Positions 25,059-38,518 of a stretch of DNA of 64,000 nucleotides are shown here, in pieces. Location of the stretch: NCBI GenBank assembly GCA_051294905.1, contig CM119371.1:23562001-23626000 (forward strand), written 5' to 3'. The position numbers and the translations under genes are program-made. Under the pieces are notes generated by a model. It made no database searches, was not told where the DNA came from, and was given only the letters and a program-made list of their open reading frames with translations. Position 1 is the stretch's first letter, and the number at the start of each line of letters is the position of its first letter. This DNA is from Botryllus schlosseri (Eukaryota).

Positions 25059-26197
25059 AAATGTCATTTCTAGCAAAGACTAGACTACATCTGCGAAACG
25101 AAGTTGGGGAAATCAAAATGCCAGCTCGTCCCACAACAATGGTGATAGATATGCAAAACTCTACAGACGCCAATCCGGAAAATGGAAGTCACGGTGCTAG
25201 CAAAACTATATTTGGTCGCGACGTTGAAGAAATCTCTTATGTCCAATTTCACGATCCCTTGAAGGACGAAGTTCCCAGACATGTTATGATTCTCGGAGAA
25301 GCGGGAGCGGGAAAATCGACCATTTCAGCAATGTATTGTTCGGCTGTGGCCGATGGAAATGTTGAGACGCTTCGTAGTGTAGAACTTGTTCATTACGTCC
25401 AGGCAGCCCACCTTCATAATAATAGTACCGCAAATGCCTTTGATCTCTTATTCACCGAACAAATGACTTGCGATCCTATGACTGAGCTGACTGAAAACGA
25501 GAGACGTGCTGGAGCAAAGTGGTTAAATCAGAATTCTGGCAAGCTATTATTGACAATTGACGGCCTTGATCAGTGCTTAGATAACTTTGCTGTGAATAGT
25601 CTACCGAAAACCGACCAACAAAACAATTCAAGAATCAGTAAAACAATTGCTAAGATCATGGGCGGTAACATATGGCGTGGTGCATACATATTGACTACGT
25701 CGCGGTGGAATATATACTGGAACTTTACTGCCGAACAGAAACCTAACAAAGTAATCGGCATGAGAGGACTTGACGACGGAAATCTAAGATTGGCGGCATC
25801 AGGACACTCTGTTGATGGTGATAGGATGATAGATCAACTCGTAGATACTTCGCCGAAATTATTGAATTTGTGTCGAAATCCCATGTTTCTTAAGTACATG
25901 ACGAATGTATTCCGAACCAATTCAGAAAACTTGCCTGATTGCATTTCTGGTCTCGTGTCAGCATTTTTTCGAAATTTTTTTCGCATGTCTTCTGAAAAGT
26001 ATGGTGATATCACGAGACTTGCGTACCATGGAATGTTGAAAAATTTATTCGTTTTCTCCCGATGTTACTTGGAAAACTTGGGAATCAATCCAAAAGACCT
26101 GAATGACTTCTTGTCTGCTGGAGCAAATCCGGAGAAAGATCAAGATATCGCCAATTCATTTGACGATATTTTTGCGTTCTCCCATCAAACGATGCAG
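25059..26197 (+). CDS. NLR-like gene, NACHT NTPase exon
   Basis: Poly-T AG acceptor at 25058; Walker A GEAGAGKS, Walker B LLLTIDGLD, sensor-1 ILTTSR, LCRNPMFL, LAYHGM, FSHQTMQ|GT. Confidence 0.92.
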
Positions 26198-26409
26198 GTC
26201 AGCAACGTTTATGTAACCAAAATTTCCCAATTCGATAATTGCAAAGCTACCCGTTCCAAACACTGTGCAAGTGGTAGCAAATAACCAAGGGTAGGCATTT
26301 CTAGAACATCGTTGTGTCGCAATCATGGAGATTGACGCAGCAAGTAGTACGGCTGACCACGAAATTGTTCTTAATGTTTGGTTAAATTAATATTAATCAC
26401 CCATCTGTG

Positions 26410-26583
26410 AATTTTCCCTTTAAGCTGCTGCGGACACGGTCTCTGCGCACAGAAGATCTAAGTTGCGCACGAAAAAATCCGAATTGATGACCTTTTTTTT
26501 AGTCGTTACGCACTGTTGTCTCAGGGTCTGCGCAGTGACTTGGTGAGTGTGCGCAGTCTCTTCAAAAATTAGAGGGAACATTG
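26410..26583 (+). mobile_element. MITE, CAATGTTC family copy
   Basis: Homologous to 3440-3624; ends AGAGGGAACATTG. Confidence 0.7.
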
Positions 26584-27315
26584 CCCTCTGTACACATGTT
26601 GACGTGTCTTCTGAAAGCAGTGGAAACCAACATCACTGTACATGTTCACAACAATTCAGTTTCAATGAGAAATTAGCATGGTTAAGTACAAGCAAGCATT
26701 GAATACCTGACATAATACTCTCTACTTTTAACTGGAAGCGATGGAAACTTGGGACCATTTAGTAAAACATAGTTGAAATATATTCGAAAATGATCTATTT
26801 TAAAAATTTACTTCTGACTACTGCACTATCGGTTGCAGACTTTGCTTATCAGTTTTTTGAAACAAGTTATAATTTCGAAATTTAATAATAATGAATTTTT
26901 GTACACGTGTATATTTATTGACCTGTAGCCAAAGAATGCTTGCTGACGACGTGTATTTTATAAAATGTTTACTAACTATATGATTTAGAAAGATATGGCA
27001 CGCCATCTTCTTTACATTTTTATAACCAAGCGATTGATAAAGACAGACCCGAAACAGTACTTGTTTAGCACCCTTTGTGCTCTCATAGGACGAAAAAACT
27101 TTTGGGGCCCTATAACCCTCATACCGCCCTTTTACGACGGACATTTCACAAATACTTCGAAATCACGCTTTAATGTGATGGGGATTGATGCTCATTATTT
27201 CGATAGTCGCGATTTTCAAGTCCAGGATTGAATTTTCTTTATATCAATAGTCTATGTACTAATCCTCGTCTCTAAGCCCACATCATCAGATTTATCGTTA
27301 GAGCTGGTGACAGCT

Positions 27316-27655
27316 TGTTTGTTTTGTTTGTATTCACATGTACGCAGTAGCGCTTATCGCCTATACGGTCATTTGCGCCACGACATAATTTTCAGTAATT
27401 TCAATCCATCACCCGTTGTAATGTTTCGGACAATTCTCGCTCTCTCTCATCATCGGTCACTCTCGTTTTTCCTGCCCCCATAGCTTGAACTTTGCTGCCG
27501 ACTTTTGGCTTTTGGCTTTGACTTGTGGCTCGGCTCACCTTAACTCTGGGCTTTCGGAACACTGCTACGGCAGTGGGTCAGCGATGTGGCGTCCAGAGAA
27601 ACATATGAACTTGGTAGAGCCGAGACTCGTACCAACGCACACTGCGCCAGCACTC
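27316..27655 (-). mobile_element. SINE copy (antisense, intronic)
   Basis: Reverse complement contains GTCGTGGCGCAAATGACCGTATAGGCGATAAGCGCTACTG and an (AAAC)n tail, matching the 3' end of the 5269-5639 SINE. Confidence 0.7.
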
Positions 27656-29360
27656 GCATCCCTAGCTACAGGAGGTGGTGGCTTCGAAAATAAAAGGGAT
27701 ATCAAATTATCCTCTGGTGGGCCTGTTATTTATGACTTTGTTTTATGTTTTTCTTTCCGCGACCTCCTATCTCCTATATAGTCAAAATATATTGGAATCG
27801 TCCAAACGTACCATATTAAACCAAAAGTAAAGCCGCATACGCTAATAGAAATGGGCATTGATGCACAGCACGCGTCATATTCCTCGGCAGGTTCCAGGGT
27901 CACATTTGTACTATGAGCTCAGATTGCAATCATGTGATTATTCCGCGGTGGTTTTATCTGGTAATAATGTGTCATGGCAAGGTCATGGAAGGTGCTGAAA
28001 TACCTATTTTGCTAAAGAATGCGTATTTTTTCTTAGGGATGGGAGGGTGCCTATATAAAAATCAGGATAAATGGCGAAGGGGCTACTCTACATGTTTTCG
28101 AGGTCGCGATTTTCCCATGGTGCAGGGAGTCGGTATCCAATGGTCCGAGACCCATATATATGGCTCTTTCGGGTATAACATATGGCTCTTTGGCTATTTT
28201 TTAATCTTGTACTGAATTGATGAATATTGCAGCAACTTGTTGGTGAATATTTATCACGGTCGGTAATAATTTTTCTCGTGGTAGTATAACCATTTCTTTG
28301 AATGGTAGAGGTAATGCTGTATCCATGGTTAGGGACTCGTACCCTCTTTTTCAAAATCCTCAAATTTTCGTTGCAGTCGCGCCGGCGACAAATATCCGAT
28401 GAACCCGACTGGAAACCTAAGATTGCACGATACGCTGATTCACCAAAGATAATAGCAAACATAATGACGCCTGTATGTCATGCGAATCTTAAATACACAT
28501 TGTATTGTATATCTTCGGTGAGAAATAGAGTACCATAGAAGTCACAATAACAAACTCAATTACAAACATGGCCGTAGCTGTTAAAATGCGATAAAATGTA
28601 GGCGTGTAGCGCAACGTTGTATGTTACCGCCGAATACATTGAAAATTTAGAATTGGATTAATATTTAGATTTTCGGAATCAGTGCGACAGTTACATTCGA
28701 TTAATATCAGTTATTCTAATTTAGTTACGATTAATTCCACTATCAATAGTGAGGCTTGGCCTGTCTGCGCCATATACCTCTCGTCTCTTGTGTGTCACTT
28801 GCCACCACTGACCCCACGTCCCTTAACTATCATACCTTGCAGTGGGTATATATTACTGTGGTGACCATGTTTGACTCCACCTGCGCATGTGATCATGCAT
28901 TCTCTCATTTAAAACGAGTATCACAACGAACATATGTTCTCGTATAAGTGATGAAAGTCTCAAATTTTGTATGAAGCCTTTAACCTCATGATTATCAACC
29001 AAGACAACAAAAGTATCAGTAATACCAAAACAAGTATTTCCTGCCAAAAAATGTTTAAATAGTTGAATCACACTTTTGCTGTTATCTACGACTGTTGAAA
29101 ATGTTCATTTTCTTAAGCTCCGAATATCACATTACTCTCAATCTAATACGGTTAAAAAGATGTCACGTGCAAAAGATTTATTTAAATCAAGTATCGAATG
29201 TTCAAATACGGCAACCAGCATTATTAGAACGAGTGCCCGACCCCTGCATAGTGAAATATTGTTGATTGGAAATTTTCACTTTTCCCTAATGTTTCTAAAT
29301 CGGACGTATTGGCCAACAATACAGTTTCATGCTACGCGTATTTCTTGATCATGTGTCCAG

Positions 29361-29523
29361 GAATTTTGCTGCGCACTGCATGTCGCGAGTCTCGACCGAT
29401 CGAATATGAAGAGATTCATTTCGAATGATCTAAACGAGAATGGATTGGAGTTGACTAGACAATTTTTTTACGGATTGATTCTCAATGATAAAGTCACTAA
29501 TCCAATGAGGAAGTTCCTGACGG
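29361..29523 (+). CDS. NLR-like gene exon, winged-helix/HD2 (EFCCALHV...RQFFYGLI)
   Basis: CCAG acceptor, G|GTAAGT donor; splicing yields FSHQTMQEFCCAL, the NLR FxHxxxQEF motif. Confidence 0.88.
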
Positions 29524-30166
29524 GTAAGTGCATGTGTCCGCGTTATCCGAATGAACTTATAATCTTGCACATATTTCACCGTGTTTTCGACATGGTAGTA
29601 GGCTAGTGACGATAGAATGCACCTCTCACCTCCCCATGTTTCCAGAAAGGGGGACAGTAAGATGCAATACTGTTTCGGTACGAAGATAAGACCGCAACTA
29701 TTATTATGACCGACATTTTGCTCCCACGAATTCCAGATTAACCGAATCCAAGCATAATATTATAGAGTGGTGACACCGCCAATACAAAATTAGCCGTGCC
29801 TAACCTATCTTAACTATAGGATAAGAGCAGAAATTATATTAGGATAATTTCGTATACATAGACCGCCTCCTATGGGATAGTCGGTCGAAGTTGAGTATTT
29901 GCTTAGCTTTGTTATATGCATTTAACATATTAGTTTGAAAGGGGAGAATCCGATCACATAATGGCAAATAGTCACGTTTCACAGTAGCCTACTTGTTTGT
30001 ATGATTTATTAGATGGTAAAGTATTATAAATCATCAGCCCTGTAATTAATGTTAACGTCGTAAGATATGTTTGCGTGTAGAATTCGAACAGCGTTGCGTT
30101 TTAAAATGCATTATATGGTTTCCCTTCATCAATAATAATACTTTCATGGCCTTTTATGACTGGCAG

Positions 30167-30486
30167 GTCTCAAAACCCCAATCAGGGATTGTCGCGAGAT
30201 GTTGTTCGAAGAACTTTTTAACATGGTAACTGATGGTACAATACGGGATATTTCAACTGTTCGTCTTCTGTACGAGTGCGGAGACGACACCATTAAAAAA
30301 ATGAAGCAGCACGTTCAACGAGTTACAATCAATTCGGGAGACTTGCTTTAAACTGACCAAATTCTACTAATAACAATGATACAACGACTATCTCCCCTTA
30401 GAACGACGTTCGTAGAGCAAATCGATCTTGATCCATCGATGATATTGTATGTGAAAGATTGTCTCCGATCTACTGATATTTTTGAG
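30167..30486 (+). CDS. NLR-like gene exon (HD2/linker) with in-frame TAA at 30349-30351
   Basis: GGCAG acceptor, phase 1; reads GLKTPIRDCREMLFEELF...VRLLYECG...SGDLL*TDQILL...DIFE|GTATGT. Confidence 0.75.
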
Positions 30487-30596
30487 GTATGTGAAATTCT
30501 ATCGAATCAAGTTTTCGTAGTTAAATTTATATTTTATTCTCCAAAATTGTTTCTTTATGATATATTGCATTTAATAAGCTTATATTGTGTAACAAG

Positions 30597-30746
30597 GCTG
30601 GTTACGAGATTATGGATTCCGTGAAACAAATGCATTTCGATGATGTGATAACAATCCTAAACCAGTCGAAATTATGGTACGTCCGCCTTCGATGTGATGA
30701 TGATGTCAAACTTTTATTTCTTTCCGATTGGATCAAAAGATCACAG
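30597..30746 (+). CDS. NLR-like gene exon (AGYEIMDS...WIKRSQ)
   Basis: AAG acceptor, CAG|GTATTC donor, 150 nt, phase 0-0, open frame. Confidence 0.6.
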
Positions 30747-31400
30747 GTATTCCATTTTTCTATTTTCGTTGTCAGATATAGATATGGCCTTCGGCAAAGG
30801 ACTATTCTATGAATGTCCAAATGCTGATATTCAATATATGGTTCGGCAGTTGTGAATAGAATGAGAATGTTTCCGAATATGGGTAACTCACGAATACCCG
30901 TATCGTTGAAATTGTTAATTGATTTCACAAAACCAAACACTTAACAACAATGTACGACCTAAGCATGCGGAATATTGGTATCGCTAGGTTCAGGACTTCT
31001 ACAAGTATTTTAGCCAGTGACCCAAGCATATCCACTAATCCAGTAACTGATGACAAGCTTGTAGTTTGGTATCTTTCATCTAATATCGGATATCTATACC
31101 CTCTTCGTCCTTTCATCCTTTTCACCTATCATCCGCGCTCGTTCGAACTTTCCAGGGAAACCAAATGACAGAAAATCTTCCAATGGTATGAAATGAACTT
31201 TTGTGCATATTGTCGTACTAACTTTTCTGCAGGTGTCACGCATCGATTATAGTAGGCCACTAAAGAAAGTTAACCTAGACGGCCAGAAAATAAAAAGTAT
31301 AAAAATATCGTTTTCATACGATTGCGATCCACCCTTTGAGAACTAATATGACATAATCGTAGAATCTGGATGATTAAAATATTATGTTCTTCTAATTTAG

Positions 31401-31574
31401 ATTCACCTGGATAACCTTGACTTGTTAAGAATAACGAAAAATGACACTTTGAAATGTTTGTTTAAATTTCTGTCGATACACTCATTAGCAAATCTGCGTT
31501 TGAACATAAATTCTGGCATAATTGGATCACAATTCAAAGATGTTGTTACGTCTCGTGGACCGATAACAAGGAAG
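31401..31574 (+). CDS. NLR-like gene LRR-like exon (IHLDNLDLLRI...LANLRLN...ITRK)
   Basis: TTTAG acceptor, AAG|GTGAGA donor, 174 nt, phase 0-0, open frame. Confidence 0.7.
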
Positions 31575-31664
31575 GTGAGAATTTTCATTATTCAATGTTA
31601 GTACTAAATTGCACCATGTTGTCTGTTTTGTGTGTAAGTCTGTCTGTGTACAAGTACTCTAGAG

Positions 31665-34600
31665 CAGTGGTTCTTAACCTTTTTAAGCTTTCAGACCGGC
31701 AAAATTTCCTAAAATATTCGGCGCACCGGCGGGACTTAAAAAAACTGAAATCAACCCATAATATGATTACGAAAAGAGATCAACATTTTAAATAAACCTT
31801 TTAGATAACCTTTTTCTAAATTTGGACAATAAATTATATTATTTCAGATTTATATTCCTTCCGAAGACTAGAACAAGGTCCTTTCGACCGTGAAAACCAG
31901 TAATGATGCTGGCCTAGGCCTACGTAACCGGACCACAATCATGACGTCGCCGTCTGGGGTCTCCTGTGACCCGATATGCCCAACTTAAAATGCTCAATAC
32001 ATTGCTGTTTGCCAGACTCCATAATAATGTCAATTGTCGCTAAATTTTATTAAATTTTGCTTGAAGTCTTTGTAGCCTTCACCTTCACGTACAACTGGTC
32101 TTGGAGGTTCGACAATTACTGGACAAACTATTGTTTGTATATAACTATTCATTTGTACCAACATGTGTTGTGATCATGATCATAGACTCCGTACGCAGGT
32201 ATGCTGGGTATACTGCACATACCGAGACAAGTTTCTGGGTATGCGGCTACCCAGAATTCCGCTAGGCATGTAACCGCCTAAACTAGCTGGTGGCTTGTGC
32301 TAATTAGAAATAAGCAATTTGTTTCGTTTCTATACCGGCTGCTCATGAGGTCAGAAATTAGCTCCAATACATTGATCGAACGCCAGTAATGATAGGAGAC
32401 GCGTCGGGAGACGACCAAGACATCAATGTTACAGATATAAATATCTACGTGCGACATGTAGTGATTGCCATGTGCTCTGTAGTAAATAGTAATATGATAT
32501 CTGACGCGCCGGCCGGAACTATCGCTTCTGCGGTGATTGTGCTGACATACTGACTCCCAAGACGGAATTAATAATTATACCACATCTCGTTTTTTTTTCA
32601 GTTGTATTTTCATTACAGCTGAATTGCTGTACACAGGATATACTGCATACATATCGGAATTGATTCTCCGTATTCGAGACGTTGGCTACTGATGTGAATC
32701 AGTTGAAAAGTATTTGCTAAATAATTTAACTGTTAGTAGTTATTATTTCATCTCCTTGGTAAATGTGCAAGACTTCATCACCTTCCATTTAGCGATTAAG
32801 ATATAAAATTGCAACATGTCTCGTGGACCGGCAAGAATGCGGCCGCGGACCGGTGCCGTTCCGTCACGACTTTCCTTCCGGTCCGCCAGGTATATTATAA
32901 TTTTATACATTAATTCCAAGATGCAATATATGTTCAAGACTTGTACACTGAAAAAATATATAAAATACCGAATTTTAAACTGATTCATAACTTCGTGAGC
33001 TAACAATAGGACTGGAAATAGGTTCGATTTGACTAGAAGTTCAAACGTGTCATTTGACGACTTAGGATATATATATATCGACTTTTCAATTAGATAAAAT
33101 AAAATGAAAAGGGCAAACGTAACAGGAAACAAAAAAAACATCGATATAATCAGTTTGAGGCTCGTATTAAGCGTCTCCAACGTAGGCGGTCGTGGGCGTC
33201 TTCAAGCGACAGCCCGCGTTGCGCTAGATCAGTCTGCATTGTCGAGCGCCATGTTTTCCGATTCCAGCCACGACTTAGGAGCGACAAGTATATATCAGCT
33301 GACACGCTAAGCCGCGCAGTTAGCGCGATCATTCGTTTTCGATTCATTCATTTTGTTTAGTAACGTAACTAGGGACCCCAAATCTTCAACTGGAGAGGGA
33401 CCGAGCTTGAAGGTGGCCCAAAATAATTTTGCAAATTATAATAAATCATAGAATATTTTTGAAACTTTTTCAACATTTTTCAATTTTTTTTACGTTTTGC
33501 GCGACTTAGTGCCACTCATTGTCTTGCTTATTGGGTATTCCTCTCCAAGAAATACGCATGTTTTATAGAAATAGGCATTTCGGCGTCAGCCATTGCAGTG
33601 CCACGACGCACCAACAAATAATGAAGTTTAGGCTAACCTGGCATTCCGAAAGTTGTGCCAAAAATTCGGCAGCGAGAAAACCATGGCCGAAGAAAACTGC
33701 GCTTTTTTGACCGGAAAATTCGATATTTATATGTTTAATTGTCCATAGGATCCCAAATGACAAACTCTGAATCTCGCTGTCCCGACAATCTGTACCCCAC
33801 AGGACAAATGCCATCTCGCAGAGAAAATTTATTTGCCAGTGAATAAATACCAATTTGGAATCGTCTGCGGCATTTAGTTTAGTAAGCATGGGTGATTTCA
33901 ATATTTATTCACTATACATCAGACAGTAGGTCACGAAAAATTGACATGCAACGAATTACTATTTCAACAGGCCCGTACGATAATGTTTATTATTTGTTAC
34001 GTGCTCTCAATCTTCTAAGATGACAGCTCTTCTACAAAATATGACAATTCTGATCAGAGGGTCAAAAATTTATAGCAATAAAGACTACATGCAATTACGA
34101 ATATTATTTACCGATTCAGTCATGAATGATCGCAAATTTTCGCTTATGGTGCGATTAGGATATATAAAATTTCTGCTTACACCGAGCAAAATGAATGTGC
34201 TCACACGTACTGGTTAAAAATTCATCCAACGGTGGGGTCTAGTGGCGACCCCTCCCTTTGCAGTGTAGCTTATCACCCTGTGGGGGCCCGAATTTTGTGG
34301 ATGACCGGTATAGCTGTTGTTAGATTTTCTCGTGCGACGCATTGTATTTGTAGTAGCCAGAATAGCCTACGTCCGGTGGTAGTGGGCAATGAGCAAGGTA
34401 GCATGATAGGGTGCTTGGCTCGACTCTGAAACGCTTCTTCTCAAGATATTGTGAAAGAGAAGAATATTATTCGAGTGGGCGTGGTCGCTTAAATCCACGG
34501 CCTTCGGCGCGAAATACTGTAAACGTCTCTCGGTGGTAGCACGTTTATCTGGAAGCGGCAATTATAGGTCGACGCAGCAGACTAACTACCGTAAAATAAC

Positions 34601-34777
34601 ATGGATGCGCTTACGAACTTATTTAATAACGATCAATACCCTTCTAATGTCACTCTCTAGCACCACATACTTGCCAAAAACGGCTGCATGTATTACATTT
34701 TTGGTGTATTTTCCGGTCCGCCAGATATATTTCGAAAATTTACCAGTCTGCGACGTGAAAAAGATCGAGAACCACTG
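31665..34777. mobile_element. 3.1-kb non-autonomous hAT element with nested insertions
   Basis: TIR CAGTGGTTCT / AGAACCACTG; TSD CTCTAGAG at 31657-31664 and 34778-34785. Confidence 0.85.
33145..33280 (-). mobile_element. RTE-clade LINE 3' fragment
   Basis: RGWNRKTWRSTMQTDLAQRGLSLEDAHDRLRWRRLI resembles the RTE ORF C-terminus (RGRPxxTW...DR..WR). Confidence 0.65.
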
Positions 34778-35286
34778 CTCTAGAGCATCGTTTGCAAACC
34801 TCACATAGATCATTTGTCTCCGCTAGTTCACACAGCACTAGATGTAGTGGTCTGAAATTCATCTAATAGCCATACCGATCACCCATAAAACTATTAAATG
34901 TCGCCACCATTTGTTAACGGAATTTATATGACAAAAAGCATTGCAGGTAATAATCGAACGAGCGAGAAATCAAAATATACTAATATTCACAATACAACGG
35001 CACCATAAGTTGAGACGTTGAAGCACTTTATCTAGGACATGATGGAAAATGTCAATATTTTATCAATATTTATGTGAGGTCAAGTGCATTTGAATCATTT
35101 ACCTAACTTATGTGTTCGTTCATTATGAAATATTCATGCCTTTATCTCTTCGTATAGTCTCAATTCTATTCTCTTGACTCTGTGATATGCTATATATTAC
35201 TACCTATAGTATTTGATATCCTATGTTGTACTCCGTTTCCATTCCAACGCCATTGCAATGTCAATGCTACGAAACACTTTTTTTAG

Positions 35287-35454
35287 GTTGACAAAATGAC
35301 GATTGAAGATAAATCCATTACGTATGAAAAGGTTGAAGCTTATTTAGGTATTTTCCGGCGCTGCAAGATCACGAAGCTGGGTCTAGCTAAATGTGATCTC
35401 ACCGACAAAGATGTTGACATGATTTTACAATTTTGTCGCGGTCATGGTATTAAG
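35287..35454 (+). CDS. NLR-like gene LRR exon (VDKMTI...ITKLGLAKCDLTDKDV...GIK)
   Basis: Poly-T AG acceptor, AAG|GTAAGG donor, 168 nt, phase 0-0; LxLxxCxLTD RI-type LRR. Confidence 0.85.
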
Positions 35455-36776
35455 GTAAGGACACTGCTTCTATTTAACTTTCATATGCTATAATATAGTG
35501 ATCATTTCGGAACAGAAAAAATACATTAATATATTAGATACATTTGTAAATCCGAAAGCTGAAATATCCGACATGCTGAAATTGTTAAAAGCGTTTAACT
35601 GAATAATTAATGTGGCGTATGGGATATTTTTAAATCAATATAACTGCTTTCCGATAATCGGATTCTAATTTCTCAGTCGTCATCTATCATAAAGATATTT
35701 TTCTGGAAATAAACTGAACGACAGGATATCGTTTCTAAAAATTAAATTTGAGGCAAGATAAAAATGGCGATACATCTTAGCAGGTAACTGTGAAATTTAA
35801 TTTATATAAACAGGTTTTCTCACTCGAGGACATGCTAACATCTTCTTCATTTGCCATAATATTCTTGAAAACCAAACTATCTAACAACATGTTCAATTAG
35901 ATCAGGGGCTGGGAACATCTCCCGTCGGTGGGCCGGATATCGGAAAATTAGGTACTTGGCGGGCCGGATTGATTAATCGATAAATTATATTCGCACATTT
36001 ATCCTCATATACCAGGAATAAATCGTATTTAATGAATGTATTTTAACGACAGTAAGGTCACTTCAAAGCCATTTCTCGCTTATAATGACGTCGACAATAT
36101 GGATTTGAGAATAGCATTGTCATAATGTCGCCACCATGTCCACTTCTCTCTGATAACACGCGGTGCAATTCTCAATTAAGATTTCAAGGCGTTCGATAAG
36201 CCCGGTACCCCAAATTTATCAAGATATCAATACATTAGGGTTGAGTAGGCTACATCGTGAATGCCGATAATGCAAGTCTGCACGCTTCGATTTACGCGTA
36301 AGCTCTAATCTTGCACGCTGTGCCCACATGTATATATTAACATCCATTCACTATAATTTGACGTAGTAAGCAAGCTGAGGGGAATCTCTGCAGACTGGGG
36401 CTGCTGTGCCATTGGTTTTGGAAGTGTGCCTATTCCCCACCAGAAATCCCTTAATTCCCAACAAGTGGAAAGTTGTCCACCAGCTGAGAACCACTGATCT
36501 AGAGCTAATTAGCAATTTTAATTATTCTTTTTATATTCATCGTAAAAAATCGATAAGAATAAGCCTACAACCTTTGAAAATTTGTTGAACCATTTAAGCT
36601 GCAAAACAAATGAAAGTACTGTCCACTATTTTTTCGTTGTATCAAACGATGTTCTGCATCAATCATTCAATAATAATTACGGTTGACTGAGAGATGAATG
36701 TCAGGAATTGCAGTGAGAGATCATGTGCTTTCGAGTAATCGTAACTGGGAGGATGAAATGTTATATTGTTATTCTG

Positions 36777-36944
36777 CTTTGCGACTTGTCGATATGGGAT
36801 GGGACCATGAAGTCAAATGTGTATTGTGACGTCGCGAATATTGTCAGTATCACGGGTTGTTCGAAAGTATTTTTAGGAAACTGCGATCTGACGAACCAGA
36901 AGTTGGAATGCTTTACGGCAACCTGTGTGCAAAATCAAAAATCG
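36777..36944 (+). pseudogene. LRR exon A with mutated splice acceptor
   Basis: 168-nt paralog of 38351-38518, but preceded by TTCTG instead of TTCAG; donor TCG|GTAGGT. Confidence 0.75.
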
Positions 36945-37193
36945 GTAGGTCGTGAAATTTGCCAATACAGCTGTAATTATATTGTGATTTCCCAAAGCAG
37001 GAATCGGAAATGTGGTGTAGCAGGAATTTTGCGACTGCGTCACGAACATTTGGATTGACATTTGTGATATTTTCCATGTACCATCACATCATTATTACCA
37101 CCATTCGAAAAATAGTATATGAAATGAACCATAGCCTCCACTTTATTCGTAAAGCAATCGTCTATTCTAAGTAGCCTCTTTCCTATTTTATAG

Positions 37194-37361
37194 ATCTCTA
37201 GTCTGGAAATATTGGATGTCAAAATGCAAGCCAAAGTTTATCGTGAAATAGCTGTTACACTCCAGGCTATCGGTAGCAACGAGATGTTGTTCCAGACCTG
37301 TGAATTGACGAGATCGAAACTTTCTGAATTCTACATCGGTTGTAAGGACAGCGATCTTACC
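37194..37361 (+). CDS. LRR exon B (ISSLEILDVK...QTCELTRSKL...DLT)
   Basis: TTTATAG acceptor, ACC|GTAAGT donor, 168 nt, phase 0-0. Confidence 0.82.
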
Positions 37362-37564
37362 GTAAGTTACTTCAGTCCAAAGAAAACGCAACGTGAGCCG
37401 AGCTACATAAGTCGCGAGAAAACGACCGGGCGCATGGTAGTGAGAGCGACTTAACAACGGCTGCGAGAAACATTAAAAGACGTCCATGAGAATACCAAAA
37501 AGCTAAGACCCAAGAACAGTATGATATTCCTATCATGGAGCACAACGCCTAAAATGCGCTAAGC

Positions 37565-37999
37565 TAGGGTTACCATATTTTGGAAATCTAAAAAGATGAC
37601 ACTTTTTCAGAAATTTGAGACTTGCAAATCCGGAGAAGAATTCTGTAAAACCGGTGAATTTTTTCCACTCTGTGATCGGTTGACTAAAAAAAAGGTCATC
37701 TTTCCGCTCAGAGCTCAAAATACCGTTTTCTCTCCGCATTGTTAGGCAGATGACTAAAAAAAAGGGTCAACTTTTCGCTCAGCTAAAATCACCGGTTTTC
37801 ACTCCGAAATACCCGCCGGAGAGTCACTTTTGTGCTAATTTACGGCATATCACTCGCAATTTGCTCTAAATCTGACCTAAATTTTCAAAAAAGAGCACAA
37901 AATATCAAAAAAGAGGACAAAAAGGCGTCCTCTGAGGATACTTTCAAAAAAGTCAAAAAAGAGGACAAATCCTCTTAAAAGAGGAATATGGTAACCCTA
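37565..37999 (+). mobile_element. hAT (Tip100-like) MITE
   Basis: TIR TAGGGTTACCATA; TSD CGCTAAGC on both sides; copy of 11101-11539. Confidence 0.9.
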
Positions 38000-38350
38000 C
38001 GCTAAGCACCACTGTGTTGTGACCATTAATACAGTAAGACTCCCGCGTCGCAGTGCAATGTGGTTGGTCCAGTTAGTAATCCCTTTGCAGGCCAAGTCAA
38101 TGCATTTTGACTGAGCATTGTGTCGCTCACGCACTACAGCATTGTTTTCCTTGGCAACTATAATTTTTATGTTAGCTCATACATATTCCGATAAGCTGCT
38201 TAACCAAATATTTTCTTTTATATTTCGTTCGAAGATTTTTATCATATCCGCCAATTATTATTTAAGACGACTCGAAATTAATTCAGAAATTACAGCGAGC
38301 AATTATGTATTCTCTAGTAATCATTACTGAGAAGTTTCCTTATCGTTCAG

Positions 38351-38518
38351 CTGTCCAAACTGTCGATATGGGACGGTACGATGATGTCAGATGTATATTG
38401 TGACGTCGCGGATATCATCAGTATAGCAGGATGTTCGACAGTAGTTTTCGGAAACTGTGACTTGACGAAACAAAAGTTGGAACGTTTCACGGCAACATGC
38501 ACGAAAAAACAAATTTCT
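38351..38518 (+). CDS. LRR exon A' (LSKLSIWDG...FGNCDLTKQKL...QIS)
   Basis: TTCAG acceptor, TCT|GTAAGT donor, 168 nt, phase 0-0. Confidence 0.82.
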
